Source: Eledone cirrhosa (lineage: Eukaryota). From it: a DNA stretch of 64,000 nucleotides. Position numbers and translations under genes: made by a program. Positions 39,681 through 54,100 of this stretch are shown one piece after another. The notes under the pieces were generated by a model. That model did not search any database. It saw only the letters and a list, made by a program, of their open reading frames with translations, and was not told the DNA's origin. The stretch covers positions 76,570,001 to 76,634,000 of the forward strand of contig OZ024743.1 in NCBI GenBank assembly GCA_964016885.1, written 5' to 3'. The stretch's first letter is position 1, and each line of letters begins with the position of its first letter.

Positions 39681-40062
39681 TCTATATCTATATAAAGAAA
39701 TATATCTATATCTATATCTACATATAATATAACAGATTGGAACTTCCATCATCCTTTTGAGAAACCTGGAACAACCACGTCTATGCAATGATACACGTTT
39801 TACAGTCAGGCAGAAGATGAGCCATCTCCTAGAGGTCACTATTCTAGGTGGAGCACCTAGAATTGTTCATATACTATGCACAAACGGTACAACGAAGAAT
39901 CTGGTATATCTGGAAGATTTTTTTTACTGTTTTCTGTATCACACAGACACCACGGACTCGCCTCATACTGTAACCAGACAAACATCCAATACAGTCATTT
40001 TCTCTTTTACCTGTCTTCTCTTATGATCTGTTTACCCGGGCGAAGCTGGATGCGTCAGCTAG
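39681..40062 (+). mobile_element. Short internally deleted Helitron with a PIF1-helicase remnant
   Basis: Starts A|TCTATATCTATAT. The peptide IGTSIILLRNLEQPRLCNDTRFTVRQKMSHLLEVTILGG resembles the Helitron helicase motif LLRNLxxxLCNGTR. Ends CCGGGCGAAGCTGG...CTAG|T. Confidence 0.8.
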
Positions 40063-40225
40063 TAATTGTAATTTCATAGATTGCTAGACCACTTAAAATA
40101 TTTTTTTTAAATCACGTTCACTTAAAAAATAATTTTTAGATAATCAAAATATACACAGACATGTATATAATGTAAAATGAAATTGGAAGGCCCATATATA
40201 TATGTGTGTGTGTGGTGTGTGTGTC

Positions 40226-40335
<110 letters not shown>

Positions 40336-40513
40336 CACACACACTTAGAAACCCTTCCTATTTAGTAGGAAATATTCGCTACACACATCCTGTCCTAACA
40401 CAAGTTATATGATACATGGCTTAATATTCAGCTGCCAAATTCGATCTAGATACAGTAAGGCTGTATTCGATTCCTTGAAGTCACTTGTTATAATTTCATT
40501 CAACAACACCACC

Positions 40514-40612
<99 letters not shown>

Positions 40613-41099
40613 CCTTTCTCTGTCTTTCTCTTCCATTTTCTTTCTCTTTCTCTTTCTCTTTCTCTTTCTCTGTCTCTATTTATGAAGGTACCCGGAAAAA
40701 CCCCGTATCTCAGGAACCCGTGCTCCGATTTACGGGAAACTTGTTTTATGCCATGTGCATTCCCATTTTAGGGGCAACTTCCTTTCAAAATATTTTCCCA
40801 TTACGCGCCGTTTTGGCTGTATTAAATTACAGCCAAGCACACAATTACAGAGTTTCAGTAGTGTATAGATAGAAACTATATTCTGTACCTGGAGAGGAGA
40901 TGGACTTCGCCAGGTTTTACAATGTCCTAGAAACGCCGTATGTCAATATGGCACCCCCGAGGACTTCCTTGAGAATTGCGGGTCCATACCTACTAGATTC
41001 ATGGTGGGATTCGAGGGGATATTAGAGGCCCTTAGTCGTTGTGAAGTCAAACATCGCTAGTATTTATTCAGATAGATACCTGTGAATGAAATGGTAGGA

Positions 41100-41484
41100 G
41101 CTCCACCAGTTTCGACGATTAGTGTACACTTGTTCAATAGATAGAACAGCCAGTTCATGAAATTAGCATACATGTAGTTGAGCGTTCCACAGACACGTGT
41201 ATCCTAAACGTAATTTGCCGAGATTCAGCACGACACAGTATGTGACAAAGCTGGCTATTTGAATAGTCCATCATGTATTATAGTATATGTGGCTGAGTAT
41301 TCCACAGACACGTACATTTTTAATGTAATTCTCAGGGAGATTCAGTGTGACACAGTGTGTAATAAAGCTGGTCCTTTGAATTAAAGGGACAGTCCATCCG
41401 ATGAGCTTCCAAACAATTCCCCTACCAGATTTCACATACAAAGCATGAGTTGACGCGAGGCTATGGGATATGACACACGCGGAA

Positions 41485-41533
<49 letters not shown>

Positions 41534-41680
41534 ACACACATAAATATATATGAGTGGAGGCGTGTGACTGAGTGGTTAGAGAATCGGATTCGCAATCGTG
41601 AGGTTGTGAGTTCGATTCCCGGACCGGGTGATGCGTTATGTCCTTCAGCAAGACACTTTATTGCACGTTGCTCCTTCTAC
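41100..41680. mobile_element. Family-2 SINE pieces (41100-41400 minus; 41557-41680 plus)
   Basis: tRNA-like head GGCGTGTGACTGAGTGGTTAG...GTTCGATTCCCGG with a shared body. Confidence 0.72.
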
Positions 41681-41808
41681 CTGGAGTTGCGACCGATAGA
41701 TAGTATTAGCAACTGGAAAGACCAATGGAAACATTGTTTCCTCGGTCCGATTTGACGAAAGTTGATCGTTCCTTATATATGTATATAATCTATCTATCTA
41801 TCTATCTG

Positions 41809-41849
<41 letters not shown>

Positions 41850-42054
41850 CTCTCTTTCTCTAAGAGAGTGTTAAAGTTTGCTTGAATCATTGTGGAATAT
41901 TAAAAAATAGTTGGTGGGTAAATCTCCGGGTAACAAAATTAGGTGGTATTGAGAGAGTGGGGGGGGGGGAGATGTAAGCGTAGAAAGAGACGTAGAGAGC
42001 GTAAAAGAAGGTAGAAAAAGTGTAAAAGAATAATAACATAAGAGTTAATACATT

Positions 42055-42096
<42 letters not shown>

Positions 42097-42097
<1 letters not shown>

Positions 42098-42265
42098 CGA
42101 AGGAAGTGTGGTAAGGAACAAGATGGACCATAACGCACCAGAGTACTCAATAGTTAGGGTAGTAGAGTGGGTAATAGAAAAAGGTATGACCCCGACGGCA
42201 GAGCTCAAGCCGTTTCGGCGGCTATTTCTAGAGCCGTCGAAACGGCTTGAACTCTGCCGTGGGGG

Positions 42266-42270
<5 letters not shown>
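42097..42270 (-). mobile_element. Family P1 Penelope-like fragment with foldback
   Basis: Arms ~42185-42223 and ~42232-42270. (TA)n flanks. Confidence 0.72.
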
Positions 42271-42316
<46 letters not shown>

Positions 42317-43124
42317 CATACATATTTGCGTATACATACATATATGTACTACGTCTGGTATGTACATATATATATATATATAAGTACAGACGAGATGTAG
42401 TACATTCTCATAACTCTCATACAATTATATTTACTGAAGTAAAAAATAAAGACACCATTATTCATATCGATATGGATAAAACCAAGTTCATAGAATATAC
42501 AGGAATCTACCCTACCCTCAGAAAAAAACACATAAAGAATAAAGAGAGAAGAAGACAAAAATATCGGTTAACTGCCAGCTCTGACATCTCACGTTTTCTG
42601 TTTTATATTTTTGCAGGCGGAAATCTTTATTTGCAATAGTGTCTGTTTAGCTTCTATTCAAGCGATCTTAGTGTGTTTGCGCTGAAGGAAATTGTGAGCT
42701 TATTACCGCTTATAATCCGATGAATTTTTCAGTATTTAAGGAGTCCATGCTTTAGCTTGCATGGCGGCCTGCTCGAGTTTGTATAATAATGTGTCCAGTT
42801 ACAAACGTGACTGTCCATGAACAGACAACGAACGTTGCTATCTCTTTGTATATTATTTGATGACTGTAGGTCGTGAGGAATGTTTCAATAATTACATCTA
42901 AGGACATCAGTAAAGATTTCCCTTCCCCTTCTACTTCTCTCAGACGGTGACAACATAATTCTTGTTTTTCTTCTTTCATCTTTTGTTTGTTTGTTTGTTT
43001 ATTTAGACTGTGATAATTGTCTGAAGAAATAGTAAGAATTTCCTGTTGAAAGGTTTACAACAGAGATAAGAGATAAAGCTTTCAAAAGACAAATCCACAA
43101 CTAATGTTATATAAAGAATGGGAA

Positions 43125-43309
<185 letters not shown>

Positions 43310-43432
43310 GGAGGTGAGTTTTATTGTAGTACAATAAAGCAATGCAGATATCGGATAAGAAGCACTCTACAGTTTGTGGGACTGGAGTATGCATAATATA
43401 AGATCAAAAGATGGTTAAAGGAGTTCAATATA

Positions 43433-43499
43433 TTTTATTATGCGCATTTCAAAAACAAACATCATCAAACAATAATATTTGTGTTTTCATCAGATAAAA
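43433..43499 (-). ncRNA. Type-I hammerhead ribozyme motif
   Basis: Minus strand reads ttttat CTGATGA aaac...gttttt GAAA tgcgca TA ataaaa. 6-bp stem I and a palindromic stem III (ATGCGCAT), typical of minimal dimer-forming hammerheads. Confidence 0.78.
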
Positions 43500-43520
43500 C
43501 AGGAGAACATGATATGAAGG

Positions 43521-43555
<35 letters not shown>

Positions 43556-43580
43556 ACTTGTTGATAGTGCAGTTTTAAAT

Positions 43581-43618
<38 letters not shown>

Positions 43619-44021
43619 ACAAAATGACCATTCCAAAATATAATAATAGTAATAATATATATATATATATATATGGTACCAGGAATAAATCAGGAAAACC
43701 TAGGCAGGAAGATGTGAAGATAATAATTTATTGTATGTTCTATCTTTAACATATGTTTCGTACAATTACATAACCGTCTACATCTGCTGACTACATTATA
43801 TAATTGTTTCTACTTTTGGAACAAGGTCAGCTATTACCCAGTACATTACTGATACTTTATTTTATCGACCCCGTAAGGATGAAAGGCAAAGTTAACCTAA
43901 AGGGACGTAACTCTATGCTTCAAAGCATTCGCATGTATTACGTTTCTGGAATTGCACTTCACCAGAGAGAAAAATTAAGAGGGAAGATATATATACCTAC
44001 ATATATATATATATATATATA

Positions 44022-44396
44022 TAACGAAGGAAATGTGGTAAGGAACCAGGTGGACCATAACGCACCAAAGTACTCAATACTTAGGGTAGTAGAGTGGGTA
44101 ATAGGAACCAGTAAGACCCCGACGGCTGAGCTCAAGCCGTTTCGACGGCTAATTCTGTTTTCGCATGGTGCGGGTGAAAGGAATTGAGCTTAGCGGAAAA
44201 GTCTGGATACGGCGTGGTAGGGTCGGAAAGTGCTCTACTACGGGAATAGGAGCTAGATAACGAAGGAAATGTGGTAAGGAACCAGGTGGACCATACCGCA
44301 CCAAAGTACTCAATACTTAGGGTAGTAGAGTGGGTAATAGGAACCAGTAAGACCCCGATGGCTTGAGCTCAGCCGTCGGGGTCTTACTGGTTCCTA
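44022..44396 (-). mobile_element. Family P1: ~236-bp unit plus a partial tandem copy ending in a foldback
   Basis: ATAACGAAGGAAATGTGG at ~44021 and ~44257. Terminal palindrome at 44338-44396. Confidence 0.72.
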
Positions 44397-44436
44397 TATA
44401 TATATATATATATTTAAAAGTTAAACAATATACTTT

Positions 44437-44501
<65 letters not shown>

Positions 44502-44537
44502 TACGCTTTGAAGCGCTGAGAATATATATATATATAA

Positions 44538-44775
44538 CGCGGGTAAGATTCCTGAGATCCATGGACGAGTTCTCTCCAGCGGTCTCTGTCCCTCATTATC
44601 GCTGCCATGTCCTACGTCTCCAACAGACCAGTGTCTGTCTTTAAGACATCAACATATGTTAACCTCGGTCTTCCTCTTCTAGTGCGTCCATGTTGGGGCT
44701 CCCACAGGAGCACTGAGTGCAATGTCAACTCTGGATGTCGGTGAGCATGTCCAGCTAACCTCAGTCTCCTCTGTG
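44538..44775 (-). mobile_element. 3' fragment of an RTE-group LINE
   Basis: Minus strand translates RRLRLAGHAHRHPELTLHSVLLWEPQHGRTRRGRPRLTYVDVLKTDTG...MRDRDRWRELV, a typical RTE ORF C-terminus. Confidence 0.8.
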
Positions 44776-44934
44776 CAGAAATACTATAAAGATAGCTTAT
44801 AAAATAGGGTGAATACCCTTAAAAGAGGTGGAAAGAATTTGCCATCGACTGCTATAAGGGATTGAACGCCATATCTTCCCTATTTTATAAGCTATCTTTG
44901 TAGTATTTCTGTGACTGAGTACTTTCTTTATACT

Positions 44935-44967
<33 letters not shown>

Positions 44968-45026
44968 TCACTGAAAATGTAATGATTTTGTACATCTATG
45001 AAAATTGTAACCGAAAGATAGATATC

Positions 45027-48000
45027 TTTCTTTATTTGCCACAGGGGCGTACACAAATGGGACATTACAAGACGTGACGGCGGGGATTTTACATAAAATC
45101 TTTAGCAATGATAAATAACAATAAACTATATAAAAATATAATAACTGAAATCCCCATTAGTGTGGGGGGGGGCGCTACTGCGGAGTTGTTTTACAACCCG
45201 TGAATAGAACAACTCTCAACACCAGGAACACGTTTTGAAGGTGTTCCCGTCTTCCCTCTATTTATCTTCCTCAACCTACGGGTTTATATACAGAGAAGGC
45301 CCATTCACCCGGGCCATTTTCGCCACATTCATCCACCGTTCATCGAATTTACTGGAGTGTAGCACCTCTCTCTCCACTCTCCCCTTCCTTCTGAAGTGGT
45401 AAGAAGGGGATGAGTTGTTGTCCGGAGAGAAAGGTGTTTGCCCTCAGTCCTTTTAACCTCGTCCACCATATTACCTCTTTCGCCATAGCCACCAGACAGA
45501 AGAAGACCGCCTCTCCTTCATTCTTAAATGAAGGCAGCAGGGTAATCCTCACGATGGACTCGGCTGACAACTGGATGCGTCCCACACGTGACAGTAGCTG
45601 TTCGATATAATTCCACAGGTCGGTCACCCCTGGGCACTGAACAATTGCGTACAGAACGGTTTCGATGTCCTGCTCGCATCTTGGACAGGTCCTTTTGGCA
45701 GAATCTCTGCCAGGGCGTCCGTGCCTGTAGATTTTGTCTCGAACTGGTAGAGCTCCTCGGTAGCACTGCCAAGCCAGCGACCTCTGGAAGTTATCCATAG
45801 GCCCTGGACGGAAAGTCCTCCCGAACAGACTGGTCAGTTCGTCTTCCTCGATGCCTAGAGTTTCCCCGAGAACGTTGTCGCACTTATCCTCCACTAATCC
45901 CCTATAGAATGTCGAAGTGGAGTCTCCGCTGATTGCCGTTCCTGCTTGGTAGAGGGATGTGAGCGCCTGAAGGCATTCGAGGTGGCAGGCGCCCATTTTT
46001 CTGTCTTCGCTTGACCCAGGACTGCAGCTCTGTTAGTGAGACGAGTTGTGGAAGAGCTCGTCTCATAAACGACAGCCACACCGGTTCGCCGGTCAGGAAT
46101 ACCTGGAGATGGCGTAACCTCAGCACGTGTTTGCGCATCATCAAACACGGCATGCCCAGCCCTCCGTTAGAAGGGTGTTGACAGCAGATGGATCTCCTCA
46201 CCAATGGAGCCTGTTTCTTCCAGAGGAACTTGAAGAGTAGGCGTTCCATTTTGGTAAGGTATTCGCGGGGACAAGGCACAACTGTCAAGCGGTAGTAGAT
46301 GACGGACGCTATGTAAGTGTTCGCCACCTCCGCTCGACCTTTCAAGGAGAGTTTGCATTCAGCCCACTTCTGGGTGAGTGCAAACACCTTCTCCGTGACT
46401 TCGTTCCAGTTCTTGTCCACCTGGAGGTCTGGACCAAACCAGACCCCGAGCAATTTCACCGGTCCTTCCGTCCAGCATCCAACGACACTGTCGGAAGACA
46501 TGGGTTTTCCTCTCCATGTGCCGAGTTGAAAACCGACAGACTTGTTTGGGTTTAGTCTTGCTCCTGTCAACGTTTCGTATTCTTGTAATAGGTTGCCGAT
46601 TACCCCGATGTCCGAGGTTTTCAACACCATTATGTTTATGTCGTCGGCATAGGCCGACGCTGCTTTCTGCAATCCTGGTTCGATCGGGATGCCCTGCAAC
46701 AGCTCCAACTTCCGCAGTAACGGCTCGAGAGTCAGAATGGAGGAGAGAGGGCAGCCCTGACGGATGGAATGCGTGATTAGGAATGGCTCCGATAGGTAGC
46801 CAGTCACCTTGACTGCCGAGCAGATGCTGGTGTGCATGGCAGCGATCCAGCCTCTGAAGACGGGACCGAAGCCGGCCGCCTTGAGAACCGCTTCCAAGTA
46901 TTGATGGTCGACCCTATCAAATGCCTTATACTGATCTAAATTGATCAGAACCCCGCCGAAGCCAGATTTACACCCTACCCTCTCTATGATGTATCGCATG
47001 AGGTGGAGACTGTAGTGTATGGACCTGATCGGGATTGCACACGTTTGCGCTTCCCCTGCCAGATTCTCGACAAGCGCCAGCCTCGCTGCTAACACCTTGG
47101 CCAAAATTTTTAACTCTGTGTTGAGCAGAGTTATGGGCCTGAAATTGCTTATCTCATCCCCCTTGTTCTCATCTTTCCTGATCAGCGTTACTACGCCTCT
47201 GCCTACAGAACTGGGAATCCTCCCGTTCTGCTGCCAGTTGCAGTAGACCGCTTCGATGAGGCCAGAGAACAAGTCTGGCATGCCTATGCAAAACTTATAG
47301 GGTAGACCATCTAAACCGGGTAATTTGCGTTTCCCACGGCGGCCTAGGGCATCTTCTATTTCACCCGCTGTGATCAGTCTTTCGCAGCTCTCCGCATCCG
47401 TGTTCGAGAGTCGTGGTACGCCGTCGAGGTAGGAGCTGAAGTCCATCACCTGCCTTGACGTACGCTTTGCCCGAACAGTTGTGCAAAATGCTGCTGGAAG
47501 GCCGTGCACATCTGCTTGGATTCAAGTAGAATGCGTCCATCTTTGTCTTGCAAGGACCGAATTGTGGATCTGTTCCACTTTTCGCCTCTGTCACTCGGGC
47601 CCAGCTAACAGCTTTGGCTCCCTCGTTTCTTAGAGCACGTGTTCTACTTCTGACAATACAACCTTCGTGTTTAACGTTGAAGAACTGGTCTAGTGCCGTT
47701 CTCGCCGCTAGCACGTCAGCTGTACTGCCATTCCTAAGGGCCTCTTCTACTTTAGCTACCAGTTCCTTTTCGGTTTTGTTTTTTTCTAAAGCATTCTTGC
47801 TAAATGCTATCGATGCTATTCTAATTACTCTCTTGAGAGAGCTCCACCACCTGTTGTTGACGATCGCACCCATCAACTGGCACTTAACTAAGGTGCTAAT
47901 CCGTTTACTGTAGGCCTTACGCGCCGGAAGCGACATGTTTAGCTTCCAGTATCCGGGTCCCTGTCTATGTGTTCTATCAAGGTTAACTACGCAGGTGACT

Positions 48001-50351
48001 AATTTGTGGTCTGAATAGGCAACCATGTGCATTTGTGAACAGCTTAATGTTTCCTTATCTTTCTGTCTAATTAAAAATCTATCTAAATACGATCTAGAAG
48101 ACTCAGTACGTTTGCTCTACGTCCACAGTGGTACACTTGGGAAGTCTAGTCGATATCTATCAGCCAGTTGGAATTGGCTGATGAGATTTTTGAGGCTATT
48201 ACACCCCCCTCTATTATCACAAGCTCCTACATAGTCCCAACGTGCATCTAAGATGCCATTCCAGTCTCCCGCTAACACTAAGGAGAGAGACGTTCCCAGG
48301 AATGGCTCCAGATGCTTGAAGAACTCTGGTCGTGATGTCCCAGTCGGGACATATACGGCCAACAGTCTAAAAGCTCCACCTTCACTACCATTCACGTCTA
48401 GGACCACCAAGCTTCCCTCCGGGTCCAAGTGAATCGTCTGTACTTTGAGATCCAAGTTTTTTCGAAACAAAACACCAACTCCCCCCCCCCCCACCTCCTG
48501 GCTGACAGAGTGATGCGTAGATCTCAAAGTCATCGAACATGGGGGTTAGCTGCTGCCTGTCGTGAATCCTGGACTCGGTGATGGCCATCACATCTATACA
48601 AGGTGACCTGAGATCATTTAAAAACTGGCCCTGTTTTCAGGGCATGCCCAGGAAACGTACATTTAAACATCCAACTTGTATAGTCGCCATGTTGGTGAAG
48701 AAGAGTTAGGGAGAGAAAAGGCAGGAACACTTATCTTTTCGTTTCCTGGAGGTCGGGTTGTTCGATCTCCATGTCCAGATTGGGGGCGTTTGGGGAGGGA
48801 GGGAATCCTTTTAGCAGGACACGGTTAAGGGGTTTTTGACAAAGGGGGGGGGGGAACATCATGTGGGAAGGTCCCTTTCAATGTTTCATGTTATAGAATT
48901 GTTACCCTGATCAGTTTGAGGTTTGAGGGTGGGTCGTTGGTGGGGAAGGTTTTCCCTTCCGTTTAGATAGTAGGGTACTTTCGGACATTGTCTACCAATT
49001 CTTTGTTTGTTGTTTTTATGTATGTGTAATGTGTTTTTTTTTTATGTGTGCTGTTTCTGTTTGTAGTTTTCTTTTAGTGGTTGGGGTTTGTGATTGTGGT
49101 GGTGTGGGTGTTTGTTTTGTTGGTGAAGTGTTTGGTTGTGTTGGTGGTGATTGTGTTGTTGTTGGTGGTGTGTTTATAGTGGGGTTGGGTGTGTGCGTGT
49201 TTTCTGTAGATGTTTTTGCTTTTGTGTTTTTATTTTTTGTCTCTTTTTTGTTTTTGGATTTTTGGGGTTCATCTTCATTCTCACTTGGAGATGTAGAGGT
49301 TCCCGTGTTTGAGACTTCTGAATCAGGGGTAGATGGGAGGGGGTATGTTGCGTGGTGGAGTGTTTGTGCAGGTGTTTGTGGAAATATTTGACAGGGAGGG
49401 AGGAGGAAATGGAGGGTTTTTCAGTGGGATTTTGTGTGTGTGGTTGTCTCTGGTCTGTGGTAGTGTGGGAGTGGATGTTGCAGGTTTTTGTATTGTGTTT
49501 GGTTTGGGGTGTTGATGTTGGGGTTTTGGTGTTGGTAATAACACCTTGTTTGTCCTCGGTTTGTTTAAGAGAGGGCAAAAGGCCTTTAAGTGTGTGGTTT
49601 TCCCACACTTATAGCACTGAGGTCTCTCCCCCCCCCTAAAATGGAGATGACATCTTCCTCAAGGATGATCCTGTCCGGGATTTTCTCAACTCTCTCTGGC
49701 AAACATTTGTACCAGAACCTCGATGCATGTTCCAAACCAGTTATTCCAGTCTGTCCTGTCTACAGATAGGAGGGTGTCCTCATACTTCTTCAGGATGCAA
49801 CGTAGGATCCACCATATGTTGACCTCTGCTGGGATCCTGGTTATTTTTATTTTGTATGATCTTCTTCCCATGTATGTGGGGAAGATGTGTTGATCCGTTT
49901 TTATTGGGTGAACCGAGTGTTTTTGAGCCAGAGTTTCGCTCTTAAAGAGCACTGACACACTTCCATACTGTTTAGTTCTTTGGAGGTATGCCACGTCTGG
50001 CTTGATATCTTTTAGTGCAGCTACAATAGTGCTTGTTGGGAGCGTTATGGGGTTTTTTGGTAATGATGTCAACTGTTCTATAGATTAGTTTCTTTTTCTG
50101 TGTCATCTCTCTTACTTGTGGGGATATGTGTATGTGTGCGGTGTCTCCCTCAAACGTCACATAGTTGGAAGCTTCTTCCAAATATTGGGACTTTTGGGAA
50201 ATGTCCATAGAGTAATATTTAAAATCCTGTTGCTTAGCAACGGTTGCTGCAAATGAAATGTTGTTATTGTTGTTGTTGGTGGTGATGATGGTCTCATTCG
50301 TTGTGTCGCCGCTGATTCCTTTTGTTGTATTGTTGTTGTTCTCATTTACTG

Positions 50352-50388
<37 letters not shown>

Positions 50389-50847
50389 GCTTGTGGTGGT
50401 GTTAGTATTTGCTAGACATTCTTTCTTCTGTGTGTGGATACATGTGACGTTTGTGACGTCAGGCGTCTTCAGTTGATTACAAGCAGCTGAAGTGTGTTCC
50501 TCTTCTAAATGTTGAGGCGATAATGTTGACATTCCTTTGTCCATGTCTGCTACTACCTGCTGGTCAAGTAGGCATGGCTTTCCCTTCCCATCTTCTTGTA
50601 TTGACAAAAAAGTAGGTGCTTTTGCTTCGGCCATTTTTAAAAAATTGAAGTGTTTTGCAAAAATATTTTCTAAAATATGTTGGATGTTTTTGCCCTGAGG
50701 GGCACGATATTTTGGGAGACTGACCAGATCAAAATTTGACCTGTCAGTCCCTCTACAAATTGGTATAAAAATAAAGGTTCACAATGACGAATTTCTAAAG
50801 AAATGTAAACAAAACTTACCGAGCAAGTTTAACACATGGGTCCATCC
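45027..50847 (-). mobile_element. Tx1-like non-LTR retrotransposon copy A, full-length and decayed
   Basis: Frameshifted ORF1 (start 50634, CYKCGKTTHLKAFC knuckle) and ORF2 (EN, RT with YADD, C-terminal CPRC). Probable TSD CCGAAAGATAG at 45011-45021 and 50846-50856. Confidence 0.92.
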
Positions 50848-51143
50848 GAAAGATAGCTAGCTAGCTATATAGATAGATATATTTCTTTTATTTGCCACTA
50901 GGGCATCAAAAGTGGGACAAGTACAAAGGGGGGAGTTTACACAAAAAGGCGTCCTCAATAAGGAGAAGGCAATAACAAAATATAAAAATAAAATAAGATA
51001 TAACAAAAAATAAAATTTTTAACAAAATCCTCAATAGAGAGGAGGCGCCTTGGGGGGTCGCACACACCCCCGAAAAAAGTGTGCAACCCTTCTCCTCAGG
51101 AGCACAGAGAAGGGGTGCTCCCTTGGTCTTTCATCTTCCTCAC

Positions 51144-54100
51144 CTATAGTCTGATGTAGAGTGAAGGCCCATTCACACGGGCCATTCTCGCCACTTTCAC
51201 CCATCTTTCATAGAAACGGCTGGGGTGCAGCACCTCTCTCTCCATCCTGATCCTTCTTCCGAAATGATATCGGAAGAAACGGACCAGTTGTTGGCCAGAG
51301 AGAAAGGTGCCCGACCTCAGTCCTTTCAGACGCGTCCACCATACAACCTCTTTCGCCATGGCTATTACGCACAGAAACACCGCCTCTGCTTCATCTTTGA
51401 AGGGGGGAGGCGGCTTGATCATTACAATAGACTCGGTGGTCAACCGGATCGGTCCCACCCTTGACAGCAGTTGTTCGACATAGCCCCACAGATCGGCTAC
51501 GCCCGAGCAGTGTACTAATGCGTGTGCAACGGTTTCCTCGTCGCACACGCATCTGGGACAGATCTTTTTGGCGGGGTCCCTACCCGGGCGCCCGTGTCTG
51601 TAGAGCCTTTCTCGAACGGGTAAAGCCCCTCGGTAGCACTGCCAGGCCAGGGACTTCTGGAAGTTGTCCATAGGTCCCGGGCTAAATGTCCTACCGAAAA
51701 GGCTGGCCAGTTCGTCCTCCTCCATGTCTAGGGCTTCTCCGAGGGCGTCGTCGCACCTGCTGCGTACCAGCCCTCTATAGAATGTTGCGGTGGAGTCTCC
51801 ACTGATAACCGGATCCGCCTGCCAGAGGGCGGTGAGCGCCTGGGCACACTCAGTGTGCCAGGCGCCCAGTTTTCTCGGTCTTTGCTTGACCCAGGATTGC
51901 AGCTCGGTGAGTGAGACGAGTCTGGGAAAGGTTCGTCTCACAAACGAGGCCCACACCGGTTGTCCGGTGAGGAATACGTAGAGGTGCCGTAGCCTTAATG
52001 CGTGTTTACGCATCATTAGCCACGGCATCCCCAGCCCTCCTTTCGAAGGGTGTTGACAGCAGATGGATCTCCTCACCATAGGAGCCCGCCTCTTCCAAAG
52101 GAATTGGAAGAGCGCGCGCTCCATCTTGGTGAGGGTTTCCCTTGGGCAGGGCACTACGGTCAGGCGGTAGTAGATGACGGACGCTATGTAGGTGTTCGCC
52201 ACCTCCGCCCGACCTTTCAGGGATAGTTTGCAACTGGCCCACTTCTGGGTCAGTGCAAACACTCTGTTCGTAACCTCCGCCCAGTTTTTCTCCACCTGGA
52301 GGTCCGGTCCGAACCAGACCCCGAGCAACTTCACCGGGCCCTCCGTCCAGCGTCCGACGACGCTATCGGAGGGCATCGGTCTGCCCCTCCACGTGCCGAG
52401 TTGCAAACCGATCGACTTGTCCCGGTTCAGCTTAGCCCCTGTGAACTTTTCGTACTCCTCCAGTAAGGTGCCGACCGCCTCGATTTCGGAGGCCGTCGAC
52501 ACCATTACTGTCACGTCATCGGCGTAGGCCGACACCGCTTTCCGCAATCCCGGTTCCAAAGGGATGCCCTGCAACAACTCCAACTTCCGCAGTAGTGGCT
52601 CGAGAGTCAATACATACAGAAGGGAGGAGAGAGGGCACCCTTGTCGGATGGACCGCGCGATTTTGAACGGCTCCGAGAGGTAGCCGTTCACCTTGACCCT
52701 AGAGCAGATGCGGCTGCTGTGCATAGCAGTGATCCAGCCCCTGAAAACGGGTCCGAAGCCTGCCGCCGCTAGCACCGCATCCAGGTAACCATGGTCGACC
52801 CTATCGAACGCCTTAGATTGATCCAAGTTGATCAGAGCCCCACCAAAGCCGGGTTCGTTCCCAACCCTCTCTATGATGTATCGCATGAGGTGGAGGTTGT
52901 CATGGATGGACCTGGACGGGATAGCGCATGTCTGCGCATCTCCCACCAGGTTGCCCACGACAAGCGCCAACCTCTTTGCTAGCACCTTGGCCAAAATCTG
53001 TAACTCTGTATTTAGCAGTGTTATGGGCCTGAAGTTACTTATTTCGTCCCCCTTGTTCTCGTCCTTCCTCACTAGCGTGACTACGCCCTTGGTCACAGTA
53101 CAGGGAATTCTCCCGTTCTGTTGCCAGTTGCAGTAGACCGCCTCGAGGAGATCGGGGAACAAGTCCGGCATAGCTAGATATAATTCGTAAGGAAGACCAT
53201 CGAGACCCGGGGATTTGCGTTTGCCGCATTGGCTCAGCACGTCCTCTATCTCAGCGGCCGAAATCGGCTCCTCGCAGGACTTCGCCTCCCTGTCCGAGAG
53301 GCGCGGCAGGCCGTCGAGGTATGGACCGAAGTCCACGTTCCCAACCGGCTCCCCGCCCCTCCCGAACAGTCGGGCAAAGTGCCTTTGAAAGGCCTCACAC
53401 ATCTGCTTAGGCTCAAGAATCGCCCGTCCATCCAGGTCTCGCAAAGACCGGATGGTGGATTTAGTTCCACTGTTGGCCTCTGTCACGCGGGCCCAGCTAA
53501 CAGCTTTGGTCCCCTCGTTCCCTAGAGCACGTATTTTACTTCGGACAACGCAGCCTTCGTGCTTCGCGTCGAAAAACTGGCTCAAAGCCGTTCTCGACGC
53601 TAGCACTCTGGCCACGTCGCCGCTTCTAATTGCCTCTTCTACTCTATCTATTAGCTCCCTTTCCTTCCTATTCCTATCCGCAGCTAGAACCTTACTAAAT
53701 TCTATCGAGACTACTCTAATCTCTCTCTTTAGAGATACCCACCACCTGCTGTTGACGATCGCTCCAGTCAACCGTTCCTTAACTAACGTACTAATCCGAT
53801 TCCTGTAGGCTCTACTTGCCGGCAAGGACAAGTTGAGCTTCCAGTAACCGGGGCCCTGTCTATGAGTTCTGTCAAGGTTGACCATGCAGGTCACTAATTT
53901 GTGGTCTGAATAGCCAACAATGCGCATTTTTGGACAACTTAAAAATTCCTTATCCTTAATTCTAACTAAGAACCTATCTAGGTACGACCTAGATGATCCG
54001 CTACGATTTGCCCAAGTCCAGGTTGGCGCAGTCGGAAAATCTAGTCGATATCTATCGGCCAGGTCAAATCGACCGATTAACCCTTTGAGGCTATTACACC

